Shown: positions 36,314 through 50,475, counted from the stretch's first letter. The stretch: DNA of 64,000 bases from Eledone cirrhosa (GCA_964016885.1 OZ024761.1:3534001-3598000); one strand, 5' to 3'. A program made the numbers and translations. Notes: generated by a model from the sequence alone, not told the origin.

Positions 36314-38642
36314 TTAACCCTTTCATTACCATATTTCTAATGAAAGACACTGTCTATGTCATTAACCCTTTCATTACCATATTTCTAATGAGAGACACTA
36401 CCTATGTCATTAACCCTTTCATTACCGTATTTCTAATGAAAGACACTGTCTATGTCATTAACCCTTTCATTACCATATTTCTAATGAAAGACACTGTCTA
36501 TGTCTTTAACCCTTTCATTACCATATTTCTAATGAGAGACACTACCTATGTCATTAACCCTTTCATTAACATATTTCTAATGAAAGACACTGTCTATGTC
36601 ATTAACCCTTTCATTACCATATTTCTAATGAAAGACACTGTCTATGTCATTAACCCTTTCATTACCATATTTCTAATGAAAGACACTGTCTATGTCATTA
36701 ACCCTTTCATTACCATATTTCTAATGAAAGACACTGTCTATGTCATTAACCCTTTCATTACCATATTTCTAATGAAAGACACTGTCTATGTCTTTAACCC
36801 TTTCATTACCATATTTCTAATGAGAGACACTACCTATGTCATTAACCCTTTCATTACCATATTTCTAATGAAAGACACTGTCTATGTCTTTAACCCTTTC
36901 ATTACCATATTTCTAATGAGAGACACTACCTATGTCATTAACCCTTTCATTAACATATTTCTAATGAAAGACACTGTCTATGTCATTAACCCTTTCATTA
37001 CCATATTTCTAATGAAAGACACTGTCTATGTCATTAACCCTTTCATTACCATATTTCTAATGAAAGACACTGCCTATGTCATTAACCCTTTCATTACCAT
37101 ATTTCTAAGGAAAGACACTGTCTATGTCATTAACCCTTTCATTACCATATTTCTAATGAAAGACACTGTCTATGTCATTAACCCTTTCATTACCATATTT
37201 CTAATGAAAGACACTGTCTATGTCATTAACCCTTTCATTACCATATTTCTAAGGAAAGACACTGTCTATGTCATTAACCCTTTCATTACCATATTTCTAA
37301 TGAAAGACACTGTCTATGTCATTAACCCTTTCATTACCATATTTCTAATGAAAGACACTGTCTATGTCATTAACCCTTTCATTACTATATTTCTAAAGAC
37401 ACTGTCTATGTCATTAACCCTTTCATTACCATATTTCTAATGAAAGACACTGTCTATGTCATTAACCCTTTCATTACCATATTTCTAATGAAAGGCACTG
37501 TCTATGTTTTTAACCCTTTCATTACCATATTACTAATGAAAGACACTGTCTATGTCATTAACCCTTTCATTACCATATTTCTAATGAAAGACACTGTCAT
37601 TAACCCTTTCATTACCATATTTCTAATGAAAGACACTGTCATTAACCCTTTCATTACCATATTTCTAATGAGAGACACTACCTATGTCATTAACCCTTTC
37701 ATTACCATATTTCTAATGAAAGACACTGTCTATGTCTTTAACCCTTTCATTACCATATTTCTAATGAAAGACACTGTCTATGTCATTAACCCTTTCATTA
37801 CCATATTTCTAATGAAAGACACTGTCTATGTCTTTAACCCTTTCATTACCATATTTCTAATGAGAGACACTACCTATGTCATTAACCCTTTCATTACCAT
37901 ATTTCTAATGAAAGACACTGTCTATGTCTTTAACCCTTTCATTACCATATTTCTAATGAAAGACACTGTCTATGTCATTAACCCTTTCATTACCATATTT
38001 CTAATGAAAGACACTGTCTATGTCTTTAACCCTTTCATTACCATATTTCTAATGAAAGACACTGTCTATGTCATTAACCCTTTCGTTACCATATTTCTAA
38101 TGAGAGACACTGTCTATGTCATTAACCCTTTCATTACCATACTTCTAATGAAAGACACTGTCTATGTCATTAACCCTTTCATTACCATATTTCTAATGTA
38201 AGACACTGTCTATGTCATTAACCCTTTCATTACCATATTTCTAATGAAAGGCACTGTCTATGTCATTAACCGTTTCATTACCATATTTCTAATGAAAGCC
38301 ACTGTCTATGTCTTTAACCCTTTCATTACCATATTTCTAATGAAAGGCACTGTCTATGTCATTAACCCTTTCATTACCATATTTCTAATGAAAGACACTG
38401 TCTATGTCTTTAACCCTTTCATTACCATATTTCTAATGAACGACACTGTCTATGTCATTAACCCTTTCATTACCATATTTCTAATGAGAGACACTACCTA
38501 TGTCATTAACCCTTTCATTACCATATTTCTAATGAAAGACACTGTCTATGTCTTTAACCCTTTCATTACCATATTTCTAATGAAAGACACTGTCTATGTC
38601 TTTAACCCTTTCATTACCATATTTCTAATGAAAGACACTGTC
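36314..38642. repeat. 48-bp minisatellite, ~48 copies
   Basis: Unit TTAACCCTTTCATTACCATATTTCTAATGAAAGACACTGTCTATGTCA. Confidence 0.97.
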
Positions 38643-38829
38643 TTTTCAATAACTTTGAAAAATAAGCAAAGATTTAGTAATATAACTAATTTTCTCGTGC
38701 TTAAGCTGGTGTTTGGAACATTGATAAAGAAAATTATGATGGAAGGTTTTAGATAAATCTAAATTCTTTAAAATAAACAGTTTTGTATAATAGAACCAGG
38801 GGGGTGATGTGTGGTTTGGAAAGGGTTCA
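38602..38829 (+). mobile_element. piggyBac-type MITE family P1 body continuing from the last satellite unit
   Basis: TTAACCCTTTC...GAAAGGGTTCA; the internal AAGCTGGTGTTTGGAACA block also occurs reversed at ~2500-2850. Confidence 0.65.
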
Positions 38830-39066
38830 CCGTCAGAACACCATCATGAATCAGTGAAACAGTTAAAGATGATTAAAGAGATGTGAAATAAGTGAGGATA
38901 GGTTGACTGATGAAGGGGAGAATGTGGTGGGGTGAGGGGTAAGAGAGAATGTAAGGGTGGGGGATAAGAGTGTGATGGTGAGGGAGTAAGAGAGAATGTG
39001 GGAGTGAGGGGGGAGACAGATGAGAGAAAAACGTGAGGAAGAAAGATAAATGAAGAAAGCACTTAC

Positions 39067-39138
39067 CATGCATAGTTCTGATACAATCATATCCATTGAA
39101 GTCCCAAAGTTTTATAGACATATCAGCTGAACAGGAAG
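39067..39138 (-). CDS. PAFAH1B1: LIS1 coding exon 6: (A)[23 protein letters not shown](G)
   Basis: 72 nt, CAG acceptor, GTAAG donor, phase 1-1. Confidence 0.97.
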
Positions 39139-39969
39139 CTGAAATATTCAAAAGATATAATCAATGTGTGTGTGTGGGGGGAAGAGGAATGTGCAGGGAC
39201 ATGGAAATACTTGGTTTGGTACCTGAGCATGCAGTTATCCCACTGGGAGTGAGAGACCCCAACTTCTTAATAGGAAACCACTGATGTAAAACATCCAATA
39301 ATGTTGACCTGCTCTGTCACCGTTGTTGAGAGAGTGAGATTGGTCCAGTGCAAGGCCTTTCTTCACTTAAAGATTCAAACACAGGTATCACTTGGTCTAA
39401 ACAACTTATATGTGTTGTCTGAGCATGACCTTTTTCCGCAGCACATACGGAAAAGGTCATGTTTATGCCACTTATGTATGAGAAAAATGTCAAGGGATAG
39501 CAATTCTCAAAACTGAGATACAGCCCTTATGTCTGTATGAACCAGTAACTCCTGGTCGAGTCACAAGGGTGCTGTAATGTCTCAAACCTAAGATACAGCC
39601 CTTATCATGTCTGTATGAACCAGTAACTCCTGGTAGTTACAGGGGTGCTGTAATGTCATATCATTTATTGGGTATTTTAAAACTAAAGTACCAGTCCTGG
39701 GCTGTGGATTTAGCACAGAATTGTTTAAAAGAGTTGGGCAGGATGTATGTGTTCCCAGTTATTGTGTATTTGGAGTTCAAATCCTGGCCCCTATCCACAG
39801 AAAAGCCAGTGCTCCTGTCAGGAGTTGCACTGGTGTCAGCAATAGAAAGACCAACACTGACAGTGATTCAGCAAGGCAGTGAACCAAGACATACTTCAGT
39901 AAAAAGAAAAACAAACAAAAAAAAACACTAGTTTGAAATCTTTTGCATATGAACCTAAGTGGTACCAGA

Positions 39970-40184
39970 TTAACCCTTTACAATTCACATTACTCTATAT
40001 TTACTATAGTATTTTTGTGGTAAAGGCTTTATCTCACATAATATGGAATCTACATTTGATGATGATATTTATTTTCAGAACAATACCTTAACATCAGTAT
40101 AAGCAGCCAGTTACAGCCGGTTTGAACAGAAAGAGGTGAGAGAATTCTGGCCAGATATGACCAGTTTAAATGCTAAAGGGTTAA
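39970..40184 (+). mobile_element. piggyBac-type MITE family P2, intact monomer
   Basis: TTAA-CCCTTTA...TAAAGGG-TTAA; TTAA target duplication and CCC..GGG termini; no ORF. Confidence 0.85.
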
Positions 40185-40778
40185 CATAGGAAAACATTTT
40201 AAAAAGTAAGAAATTTGTTTCTATTAGAAGCATTTAAACCTTCACAGAGACGGGTCATGTATAAATATGCAGCAAAGTCAAATTTTCACACACAAAACTG
40301 TTTTTAAAGTAAGTCGTTATAATTTCACACAAGTTTATGCTGCATTAAACTAAGGAAAAGACAAACTTTCACATACAGGCCAATGTGCCAGTAATCATCA
40401 TCATTTTATGTCCATTTTCCATGCAGTCACGGGTTGGACAGGTCATCATGTGCAGAGACAAAACTGGTAAGAGAATCACTTTACTGCTCATATGCTCCAT
40501 ATTTAGCATGGCTCCTACAGCTCTTCCTAGTGTCAACCACCTTACAGAGTGTACTGGGTGCATTCTATCATGACATACCACTTTACAGAGTGTATTTTAT
40601 CATGACACCAACACTACAGAGATTGTCAAGTTTATGACAGCATCAAAAGGCCCTCTCTGCCCTACAATGTCTTGGCTTGTTCACCCACCACTTTACAGAG
40701 TGTACAAGGTACATTATAGTGTAACATCAAAGCTAAGGAGATTATCAATATATTAGAGACAGTATACTATCAACTAAC

Positions 40779-40875
40779 CCAGCAGTTTTCCAGTGTGATC
40801 AAAAGCAATATCCTGAATTGAGTCTGTATGTCCTTTTAGTGATCTTTCATAATCCCCAGTTTCGAAATCCCACAC
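40779..40875 (-). CDS. PAFAH1B1: LIS1 coding exon 5: [32 protein letters not shown]
   Basis: 97 nt, CAG acceptor, GTTAG donor, phase 0-1. Confidence 0.97.
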
Positions 40876-41011
40876 CTGAAACAAAGACAAAAGCTTCAGT
40901 AATTAACATAGAAAGGGTGAGTTTCAAGTCTTTCCCTGATTATAAAATACCATGTCTTGGATACCATTTCACATTTTAATTTTCCATTGTTCTAATTTAT
41001 AAATTTCAAGT

Positions 41012-42567
41012 TTAACCCTTTACCATTTACATTACTCTATATATACTATTGTATTTTCACCGTCAAGGCTTTACCTCACATATCTCACATACCATTTACA
41101 TTACTCTATATATACTATTGTATTTTCACCGTAAAGGCTTTACCTCACATAATATCTCACAACATTTACATTACTCTGTTTATACTATTGTATTTTCACA
41201 GTAAAGACTTTACCTCACATTATATCTCACATAACATTTACATTACTCTATATATACTATTGTATTTTCACCGTAAAGGCTTTACCTCACATAACATCTC
41301 ACATAACATTTACATTACTCTATATAAACTATTGTATTTTCACAGAAAAGGCTTTACCTCACATAATATCTCACAACATTTACATTACTCTGTTTATACT
41401 ATTGTATTTTCACAGTAAAGACTTTACCTCACATATCTCACATAACATTTACATTACTCTATATATACTATTGTATTTTCACAGTAAAGACTTTACCTCA
41501 CATAATATCTCACAACATTTACATTACTCTGTTTATACTATTGTATTTTCACAGTAAAGACTTTACCTCACATAATATCTCACAACATTTACATTACTCT
41601 ATATATACTATTGTATTTTCACAGTAAAGGCTTTACCTCACATAATATCTCACATAGCATTTACATTACTCTATATATACTATTGTATATTCACAGTAAA
41701 GGCTTTACCTCACATAACATTTACATTACTCTATATATACTATTGTATTTTCACAGTAAAGGCTTTACCTCACATAATATCTCACATAGCATTTACATTA
41801 CTCTATATATACTATTGTATTTTCACAGTAAACACTTTACCTCACATAATATCTCACATAACATTTACATTACTCTATATATGCTATTGTATTTTCACAG
41901 TAAAGGCTTTACCTTACATAATATCTCACATAACATTTACATTACTCTATATATACTATTGTATTTTCACAGTAAAGGCTTTACCTCACATAATATCTCA
42001 CATACCATTTACATTACTCTATATATACTATTGTATTTTCACAGTAAAGGCTTTACCTCACATAATATCTCACATACCATTTACATTACTCTATATATAC
42101 TATTGTATTTTCACAGTAAAGGCTTTACCTCACATAATATCTCACATACCATTTACATTACTCTATATATACTATTGTATTTTCACAGTAAAGGCTTTAC
42201 CTCACATAATATCTCACATAACATTTACATTACTCTATATATACTATTGTATTTTCACAGTAAAGGCTTTACCTCACATAATATCTCACATACCATTTAC
42301 ATTACTCTATATATACTATTGTATTTTCACAGTAAAGGCTTTACCTCACATAATATCTCACATACCATTTACATTACTCTATATATACTATTGTATTTTC
42401 ACAGTAAAGGCTTTACCTCACATAATATCGAATCTATGAGATTTTGATGTTATTTATTTTGAGAACAATACCATAACATCAGTATGAGTGGCTGGTTATG
42501 GTTGGTTTGAACAGAAAGGGGTGAGAATTCTGGCCGGATGTGGCCGGTTTAAATGATAAAGGGTTAC
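41012..42567 (+). mobile_element. MITE family P2 copy with an internal 72-bp unit amplified ~20 times (41022-42428)
   Basis: Starts TTAACCCTTTA and ends TAAAGGGTTAC; the sequence after the array is colinear with 40045-40184. Confidence 0.88.
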
Positions 42568-42631
42568 AGAAATGTTATTTCACTACAGGACATTAACTGT
42601 TATTTCACTACAGGAGATAGCATTGTTACTA

Positions 42632-45600
42632 TTGGTGTTGGTGGTGGTAGTGGTGGTGTTGGTGGTGGTGTTGGTGGTAGTGTTGGTGTTGGTGGTGGTA
42701 GTGATGGTGTTGGTGGTGGTAGTGATGGTGTTGGTGGTGGTAGTGATGGTGTTGGTGGTGGTAGTGATGGTGTTGGTGGTGGTAGTGATGGTGTTGGTGG
42801 TGGTAGTGATGGTGTTGGTGGTGGTAGTGATGGTGTTGGTGGTGGTAGTGATGGTGTTGGTGGTGGTAGTGATGGTGTTGGTGGTGGTAGTGATGGTGTT
42901 GGTGGTGGTAGTGATGGTGTTGGTGGTGGTAGTGATGGTGTTGGTGGTGGTAGTGATGGTGTTGGTGGTGGTAGTGATGGTGTTGGTGGTGGTAGTGATG
43001 GTGTTGGTGGTGGTAGTGATGGTGTTGGTGGTGGTGTTGGTGGTAGTGTTGGTGTTGGTGGTGGTAGTGATGGTGTTGGTGGTGGTAGTGATGGTGTTGG
43101 TGGTGGTAGTGATGGTGTTGGTGGTGGTGTTGGTGGTGGTAGTGATGGTGTTGGTGGTGGTGTTGGTGTTAGTGATGGTGTTGGTGGTGGTAGTGATGGT
43201 GTTGGTGGTGGTGTTGGTGTTAGTGATGGTGTTGGTGGTGGTAGTGATGGTGTTGGTGGTAGTGGTGGTGTTGTTGGTGGTAGTGATGGTGTTGGTGGTG
43301 GTAGTGATGGTGTTGGTGGTGGTAGTGATGGTGTTGGTGGTGGTGTTGGTGTTGTTGGTGGTAGTGGTGTTGTTGGTGGTAGTGGTGGTGTTGGTGGTGG
43401 TGTTGGTGTTAGTGATGGTGTTGGTGGTGGTGTTGGTGGTAGTGATGGTGTTGGTGGTGGTAGTGATGGTGTTGGTGGTAGTGATGGTGTTGGTGGTGGT
43501 AGTGATGGTGTTGGTGGTGGTGTTGGTGTTAGTGATGGTGTTGGTGATGGTGTTGGTGGTGGTGTTGGTGTTGTTGGTGGTGGTAGTGATGGTGTTGGTG
43601 GTAGTGGTGTTGTTGGTGGTAGTGGTGTTGGTGGTGGTAGTGGTGGTAGTGATGGTGTTGGTGGTGGTAGTGGTGTTGGTGGTGGTAGTGATGGTGTTGG
43701 TGGTAGTGGTGGTGTTGGTGGTGGTAGTGATGGTGTTGGTGGTGGTGTTGGTGTTGTTGGTGGTAGTGGTGGTGTTGGTGGTAGTGGTGTTGTTGGTGGT
43801 AGTGGTGGTGTTGGTGGTGGTGTTGGTGGTGGTAGTGATGGTGTTGGTGGTGGTGTTGGTGTTGTTGGTGGTAGTGGTGGTGTTGGTGGTAGTGGTGGTG
43901 TTGGTGGTAGTGGTGTTGTTGGTGGTAGTGGTGGTGTTGGTGGTAGTGGTGTTGTTGGTGGTAGTGGTGTTGTTGGTGGTAGTGGTGGTGGTGGTAGTGG
44001 TGTTGGTGGTGGTAGTGATGGTGTTGGTGGTGGTGTTGGTGTTGTTGGTGGTAGTGATGGTGTTGGTGGTAGTGGTGTTGTTGGTGGTAGTGGTGGTAGT
44101 GTTGGTGTTGGTGGTGGTAGTGTTGTTGGTGGTAGTGGTGTTGGTGGTGGTAGTGATGGTGTTGGTGGTGGTGTTGGTGTTAGTGATGGTGTTGGTGGTG
44201 GTAGTGATGGTGTTGGTGGTGGTAGTGATGGTGTTGGTGGTGGTAGTGATGGTGTTGGTGGTAGTGGTGTTGTTGGTGGTAGTGATGGTGTTGGTGGTGG
44301 TGTTGGTGGTGGTAGTGATGGTGTTGGTGGTGGTGTTGGTGTTGTTGGTGGTAGTGATGGTGTTGGTGGTGGTAGTGATGGTGTTGGTGGTGGTGTTGGT
44401 GGTGGTAGTGATGGTGTTGGTGGTGGTAGTGATGGTGTTGTTGGTGGTAGTGATGGTGTTGGTGGTGGTGTTGGTGTTAGTGATGGTGTTGGTGGTGGTA
44501 GTGATGGTAGTGATGGTGTTGGTGGTGGTAGTGATGGTGTTGGTGGTGGTGTTGGTGTTAGTGATGGTGTTGGTGGTGGTAGTGATGGTGTTGGTGGTGG
44601 TAGTGATGGTGTTGGTGGTGGTAGTGATGGTGTTGGTGGTGGTAGTGATGGTGTTGGTGGTGGTGTTGGTGTTAGTGATGGTGTTGGTGGTGGTAGTGAT
44701 GGTGTTGGTGGTGGTAGTGATGGTGTTGGTGGTGGTAGTGATGGTGTTGGTGGTGGTAGTGATGGTGTTGGTGGTGGTGTTGGTGGTAGTGATGGTGTTG
44801 GTGGTGGTGTTGGTGTTAGTGATGGTGTTGGTGGTGGTGTTGGTGTTAGTGATGGTGTTGGTGGTGGTGTTGGTGGTGGTAGTGATGGTGTTGGTGGTGG
44901 TAGTGATGGTGTTGGTGGTGGTGTTGGTGGTGATGGTGTTGGTGGTGGTAGTGATGGTGTTGGTGGTGGTAGTGATGGTGTTGGTGGTGGTAGTGATGGT
45001 GTTGGTGGTGGTAGTGATGGTGTTGGTGGTAGTGGTGTTGTTGGTGGTAGTGATGGTGTTGGTGGTGGTGTTGGTGGTGGTAGTGGTGGTGTTGGTGGTG
45101 GTGTTGGTGTTGTTGGTGGTAGTGATGGTGTTGGTGGTAGTGGTGTTGTTGGTGGTAGTGGTGGTAGTGTTGGTGTTGGTGGTGGTAGTGTTGTTGGTGG
45201 TAGTGGTGTTGGTGGTGGTAGTGATGGTGTTGGTGGTGGTGTTGGTGTTGTTGGTGGTAGTGATGGTGTTGTTGGTGGTAGTGATGGTGTTGGTGGTAGT
45301 GGTGTTGTTGGTGGTAGTGGTGGTAGTGTTGGTGTTGGTGGTGGTAGTGTTGTTGGTGGTAGTGTTGTTGGTGGTAGTGGTGTTGGTGGTGGTAGTGATG
45401 GTGTTGGTGGTGGTGTTGGTGTTGGTGGTAGTGGTGTTGTTGGTGTTGGTGTTGTTGGTGGTAGTGATGGTGTTGGTGGTGGTGTTGGTGGTAGTGATGG
45501 TGTTGGTGGTGGTGTTGGTGTTGTTGGTGGTAGTGATGGTGTTGGTGGTAGTGGTGTTGTTGGTGGTAGTGGTGTTGTTGGTGGTAGTGGTGTTGTTGGT

Positions 45601-48008
45601 GGTAGTGGTGTTGTTGGTGGTAGTGGTGTTGTTGGTGGTAGTGGTGGTGTTGGTGGTAGTGGTGGTGTTGGTGGTAGAGGTGTTGGTGGTGGTAGTGGTG
45701 TTGTTGGTGGTAGTGGTGGTAGTGTTGGTGTTGGTGGTGGTAGTGTTGTTGGTGGTGGTAGTGTTGTTGGTGGTAGTGGTGTTGGTGGTGGTAGTGGTGG
45801 TGTTGGTGGTAGTGGTGGTGTTGGTGGTAGTGGTGGTGTTGGTGGTAGTGGTGGTGTTGGTGGTAGTGGTGGTGTTGGTGGTAGAGGTGTTGTTGGTGGT
45901 AGTGGTGGTGTTAGTGGTAGTGGTGGTGTTGGTGGTAGTGGTGGTGTTGGTGGTAGAGGTGTTGGTGGTGGTAGTGGTGTTGTTGGTGGTAGTGGTGGTA
46001 GTGTTGGTGTTGGTGGTGGTAGTGTTGTTGGTGGTAGTGGTGTTGGTGGTGGTAGTGGTGGTAGTGTTGGTGTTGGTGGTGGTAGTGTTGTTGGTGGTGG
46101 TAGTGTTGTTGGTGGTAGTGGTGTTGGTGGTGGTAGTGGTGGTGTTGGTGGTAGTGGTGGTGTTGGTGGTAGTGGTGGTGTTGGTGGTAGTGGTGGTGTT
46201 GGTGGTAGAGGTGTTGTTGGTGGTAGTGGTGGTGTTGGTGGTAGTGGTGGTGTTGGTGGTAGTGGTGGTGTTGGTGGTAGAGGTGTTGGTGGTGGTAGTG
46301 GTGTTGTTGGTGGTAGTGGTGGTAGTGTTGGTGTTGGTGGTGGTAGTGTTGGTGGTGGTAGTGTTGGTGGTAGTGGTGTTGGTGGTGGTAGTGGTGGTGT
46401 TGGTGGTAGTGGTGGTGTTGGTGGTAGTGGTGGTGTTGGTGGTAGTGGTGGTGTTGGTGGTAGAGGTGTTGTTGGTGGTAGTGGTGGTGTTGGTGGTAGT
46501 GGTGGTGTTGGTGGTAGTGGTGGTGTTGGTGGTAGAGGTGTTGGTGGTGGTAGTGGTGTTGTTGGTGGTAGTGGTGGTAGTGTTGGTGTTGGTGGTGGTA
46601 GTGTTGTTGGTGGTGGTAGTGTTGTTGGTGGTAGTGGTGTTGGTGGTGGTAGTGGTGGTAGTGTTGGTGTTGGTGGTGGTAGTGTTGTTGGTGGTGGTAG
46701 TGTTGTTGGTGGTAGTGGTGTTGGTGGTGGTAGTGATGGTGTTGGTGGTGGTGTTGGTGGTGGTAGTGATGGTGTTGGTGGTGGTGTTGGTGGTGGTGTT
46801 GGTGTTGTTGGTGGTAGTGATGGTGTTGGTGGTAGTGGTGTTGTTGGTGGTAGTGGTGTTGTTGGTGGTAGTGGTGGTAGTGTTGGTGTTGGTGGTGGTA
46901 GTGTTGTTGGTGGTGGTAGTGTTGTTGGTGGTAGTGGTGTTGGTGGTGGTAGTGATGGTGTTGGTGGTGGTGGTAGTGATGGTGTTGGTGGTAGTGGTGT
47001 TGTTGGTGGTAGTGGTGGTAGTGTTGGTGTTGGTGGTGGTAGTGTTGTTGGTGGTGGTAGTGATGGTGTTGGTGGTGGTGTTGGTGGTAGTGATGGTGGT
47101 GGTGTTGGTGTTGTTGGTGGTAGTGATGGTGTTGGTGGTAGTGGTGTTGTTGGTGGTAGTGGTGTTGTTGGTGGTAGTGATGGTGTTGGTGGTAGTGGTG
47201 GTAGTGTTGGTGTTGGTGATGGTAGTGTTGTTGGTGGTAGTGGTGTTGTGTTGGTGGTGGTAGTGATGGTGTTGGTGGTGGTGTTGGTGTTGTTGGTGGT
47301 AGTGATGGTGTTGGTGGTAGTGATGGTGTTGGTGGTAGTGGTGGTGTTGGTGGTAGTGGTGGTGTTGGTGGTAGTGGTGGTGTTGGTGGTAGTGGTGGTG
47401 TTGGTGGTAGTGGTGGTGTTGGTGGTAGTGGTGTTGGTGGTGGTGTTGTTGGTGGTGTTGGTGTTGGTGGTAGTGGTGGTGTTGGTGGTAGTGATGGTGT
47501 TGATGGTGTTGATGGTAGTGATGGTGTTGGTGTTGGTGGTAGTGGTGGTGTTGGTGGTAGTGGTGGTGTTGGTGGTAGTGGTGGTGTTGGTGGTAGTGGT
47601 GGTGTTGGTGGTAGTGATGGTGTTGGTGGTAGTGGTGGTGGTGTTGGTGGTAGTGGTGGTGTTGGTGGTGGTGTTGGTGGTAGTGATGGTGTTGGTGGTA
47701 GTGGTGTTGTTTGTGGTGTTGGTGGTAGTGATGGTAGTGTTGGTAGTAGAGGTGGTAGTGGTGGTAGTAGTGGTGTTGGTGGTAGTGATGGTGTTGGTGG
47801 TAGTGGTGGTGGTGGTGTTGGTGGTAGTGGTGTTGGTGGTGTTGGTGGTAGTGGTGGTGGTAGTGATGGTGTTGGTGGTAGTGATGGTGTTGGTGGTAGT
47901 GATGGTGTTGATGGTAGTGATGGTGTTGATGGTAGTGATGGTGTTGATGGTAGTGATGGTGTTGATGGTAGTGATGGTAGTAGAGGTGGTGGTGGTGGTG
48001 GTGGTGTT
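42632..48008. repeat. 5.4-kb imperfect (GGT)n trinucleotide tract with 21- and 18-bp subperiods
   Basis: Built from GGT/GTT/AGT/GAT triplets; one phase slip at ~47249. Confidence 0.97.
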
Positions 48009-48060
48009 AGAGAGAGAGAGAGAAGTTAAAAGCCAGTAATTTCAGATGAAAGCAACTTAC

Positions 48061-48267
48061 CTTAATGGTGGCGTCTTCACTTGCAGATACAAGTAAACTG
48101 TATAGAGGATGAAATAAGACCTTTGTAATAGGGCTTCTGTGACCTTTCAGTTCATAACGTTCTGGGGGTCTAGGGATCCATTCTGTAGGACTTCTGTTGC
48201 CACGAGTAGGGGCTCCAGCATTCACTTCTTTTTCTGCTTCAACCAGTTTTGATTCAAGGTCCATGAC
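48061..48267 (-). CDS. PAFAH1B1: LIS1 coding exon 4: VMDLESKL...[18 protein letters not shown]...SASEDATIK
   Basis: 207 nt, CAG acceptor, GTAAG donor; coiled coil and first WD40 repeat. Confidence 0.98.
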
Positions 48268-48328
48268 CTGAAATAAGAGAGACAATGGAGGTAGGAGTGA
48301 GTGTGGAGCTTTGTATACACACATATCT

Positions 48329-48490
48329 ACATCATCATCGTTTAACGTCCATCATCCACGCTAGCATGGGTTAGACGCTTTTGTTCCACTTGATGTCTCA
48401 CTCGTACAGAACTGTCCCTGGCAGGTTTTCTACGGCTGGATGCCCTTCCTCACACCAACCACATTTACAGTGTGGACTGGGAGCCTTTTT
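48329..48490 (-). mobile_element. RTE-tail SINE/LINE 3' fragment
   Basis: (ATC)n-GTTTAACGTCC..GCTAGCATGGGTT..GGATGCCCTTCCT. Confidence 0.7.
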
Positions 48491-49210
48491 ACATACACAC
48501 ACATGTACATAGACACATACACACATCCACAAGTACATACACAATGTATGCAGGTGCACACACACACCTGCACACACATACACACACTGGCACACAGATA
48601 TATGTAGACAAACAAATACATATACACACACACATGTACATATACACATACATGTGCATATAAACATGTAAACACACACATGATTACACAAACACTCACA
48701 TACACATAAGTAGGTTTGCTTTCATTTTTTACTCTTCCATGCCGTGATGATGATGGAGGGCTTCCAGCTGTAAAAAAAGATCTGTATGAGCAAGATATGG
48801 TCACCTGGCCTGGTTAGTCTCATAACATGACAACCTGTCTAACCCATGTCACAATATGCACTGGAATGTACAGTATAAACCTTAATGCTTCTTGTCACAA
48901 CATCTACATGACCACTTTATAGTGTGGACTGGGAACTTCTTGTGACACCTACATGACCACTTTACAGTGTGTACTGGGCGCTTTTTGTTGTGACACCTAC
49001 ATGACCACTTTACAGTATGAACTGGGTACTTTTTGTTGTGACACCTACATGACCACTTTTGCCACAACACCTACAAATATGTACACAAACAAGACTGTTA
49101 CTGCTCCAACCAGTCTCTCTAGTGCGGTATGGTATGGTGTAAGTGGCTACAGTAGTCACAAGGGAGACAACCTATTCCAGTCACATTTACTGTGACAATG
49201 TTGATGCTAA

Positions 49211-49632
49211 ATCATCATCATTTTTTACGTCCGCTTTTCCCTGCTTGAAAGGGTGGGACGGGAACTGATTCTGGCTTGATTTCTACAGCTGGATGCCCTT
49301 CCTAACACCAACCTTATTTGCAGTGAGTACTGGGTGCTTTTTTGTCGTGGCACCTCCACAACCACTTTGCAGTGAGTGCTGGGTGCTTTTTTGCCGTGGC
49401 GCCTACATGTCCACTTTACAGTGAGTGCTGGGTGCTTTTTTACCGTGGCATCTCCACGACCACTTTGCAGTGGAATGATAGGGACCCTAGTCCTATCATC
49501 TCATTTCTACAGCTGAGTAAACTGGAGCAATGTGAAATAAAGTGTCTTGCACAAAGAAACAACACATCACCCGGTCTGACAATTGAACTCACAACCTTTC
49601 TATTGCAAGGCCAATGCTCTAACCACTAAGCC
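49211..49632 (-). mobile_element. tRNA-derived SINE family B with RTE-type (GAT)n tail, near full length
   Basis: Head GCTTAGTGGTTAGAGC (A box)..GAGTTCAATT (B box-like); tail is shared with the RTE 3' UTR; near-identical inverted copy at 55213-55583. Confidence 0.85.
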
Positions 49633-49708
49633 ATACTAAAGATTTTTTTATTTTCTCTTTTCTTCCACTTTCTAACAAATTCCATCCATAAGGAAATGAT
49701 TGCTGCCC

Positions 49709-50293
49709 ACATACATATATATATATATTCTATATCATATATATATACATATATATATTCTATATCATATATATATATATATTCTATATCATATATATAT
49801 TCTATATCATATATATATATATATTCTATATCATATATATATATATATTCTATATCATATATATATATATATTCTATATCATATATATATATATATTCTA
49901 TATCATATATATATATTCTATATCATATATATATATATATATTCTATATCATATATATACATATATATATATATATTCTATATCATATATATATATATAT
50001 ATATTCTATATCATATATATATATATATATATTCTATATCATATATATATATATATATATTCTATATCATATATATACATATATATATATATATTCTATA
50101 TCATATATATACATATATATATTCTATATCATATATATACATATATATATATATATTCTATATCATATATATACATATATATATATATATTCTATATCAT
50201 ATATATACATATATATATTCTATATCATATATATACATATATATATATATATTCTATATCATATATATACATATATATATATATATATTCTAT

Positions 50294-50334
<41 letters not shown>

Positions 50335-50337
50335 TAT

Positions 50338-50368
<31 letters not shown>

Positions 50369-50373
50369 TCTAT

Positions 50374-50408
<35 letters not shown>

Positions 50409-50475
50409 TATATCATATATATATATATATATATATATTCTATATCATATATATATATATATATATATATTCTAT

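Noticed and set aside
36340-42447. 16-aa and 24-aa repeat ORFs (MKDTVYVINPFITIFL; HNIYITLYILLYFHSKGFTSHNIS)
   Set aside because: The 48- and 72-bp units derive from non-coding MITE ends and are broken by frame-disrupting indels.
42553-48039. 1828-aa Gly-rich (silk/elastin-like) ORF and 1563-aa Val-rich ORF
   Set aside because: Pure NNT-triplet microsatellite, antisense within a LIS1 intron; no codon diversity, signal peptide or splice support, and the frame slips from poly-Gly to poly-Val.
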